Source: an uncultured delta proteobacterium
Lineage (GTDB): Bacteria; Desulfobacterota; Binatia; Binatales; Binataceae
NCBI GenBank assembly: GCA_963724765.1
Contig: CAVRVY010000003.1
Coordinates: 64,001 to 128,000, forward strand
Length of the DNA stretch: 64,000 nucleotides
Reading direction: 5' to 3'
Both the position numbers and the translations under genes were made by a program. Below the pieces are notes generated by a model that saw only the letters and a list, made by a program, of their open reading frames with translations, made no database searches and had not been told where the DNA came from. How positions within the stretch are numbered: the stretch's first letter is position 1; each line of letters begins with the position of its first letter. Below, piece by piece: positions 63,639 through 64,000 of the stretch.

Positions 63639-64000
63639 CTATCGGGATTCCAGAGCTTGCTGCTGCGCACTCCAGAGCGGAGGGAGTTCGATTCTCTGGG
63701 TCATCGCTAGAGTGCTGAGGTCTGCGGGCTGCCGGCCTTCGACGATCGCCTCGACAATCCTGGGCGCCAGGAACGCCAGCCGCATCACGCGCCGCACGTG
63801 ACGGGCCGTAAGATGTTCTCGCCTGGCTATCTCGCCGATCGACCGCGCCCGACCCGCCAACAGATCGTTGGACCATCGATACGCACGGGCGGTCGCGTCG
63901 AGCAGCGGTAGATCGATGCGTGCTAAGGATGCGGCGTCACCATCAATGATCAGCCGCATCTCAACGCCGCGCCGCTTCATCCGCATCGGGACGAATCGAC
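63639..64000 (-). CDS. Large serine recombinase, C-terminal part (runs off window)
   Basis: RFVPMRMKRRGVEMRLII...IARREH...VRRVMRLAFLAPRIVEAIVEGRQP...LP.LW.AQ. Confidence 0.88.
   Translation of the reverse strand, partial: RFVPMRMKRRGVEMRLIIDGDAASLARIDLPLLDATARAYRWSNDLLAGRARSIGEIARREHLTARHVRRVMRLAFLAPRIVEAIVEGRQPADLSTLAMTQRIELPPLWSAQQQALESR

Noticed and set aside
58544-64000. Intact prophage
   Set aside because: No structural, lysis or replication genes are visible in the window.

Overview
GC-rich (soil-bacterium-like; a Binatota/deltaproteobacterial affinity is only my impression) accessory region with no intact rRNA, tRNA or CRISPR. 1-10 kb holds a largely intact K+ uptake locus: a small ORF, kdpFABC, a beta-barrel porin, a degenerate AlgB/NtrC-like AAA+ regulator and a KinB-like kinase with an apparent internal deletion, plus a divergent DUF1646 and USP. 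10-58 kb is a mosaic of cargo genes, gene scraps and mobile DNA. It includes a group II intron 3' remnant, decayed copies of dapF-dapA and prs, a second kdpB/kdpC fragment, complete IS21, IS5, IS110 (IS1111 group) and IS630 elements, IS3/IS256/rve remnants, a two-gene defence-like pair, a catalase-like peroxidase with cytochrome b, and orphan Tad pilins. 58-64 kb is a capsid-less module: terminase large subunit, DUF5681, ParB-DNA methylase, Zn-finger protein and a large serine recombinase. Most notable: (i) about seven tRNA-3'-mimic junctions tied to serine-recombinase element ends; (ii) an IS1111 whose non-coding end carries readable guides for its own target, with a similar empty site 24 kb away; (iii) a dual-coded gene overlap ending in TCC-TGA that could be a +1 frameshift site. 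All calls come from reading motifs by eye; no database searches were run.
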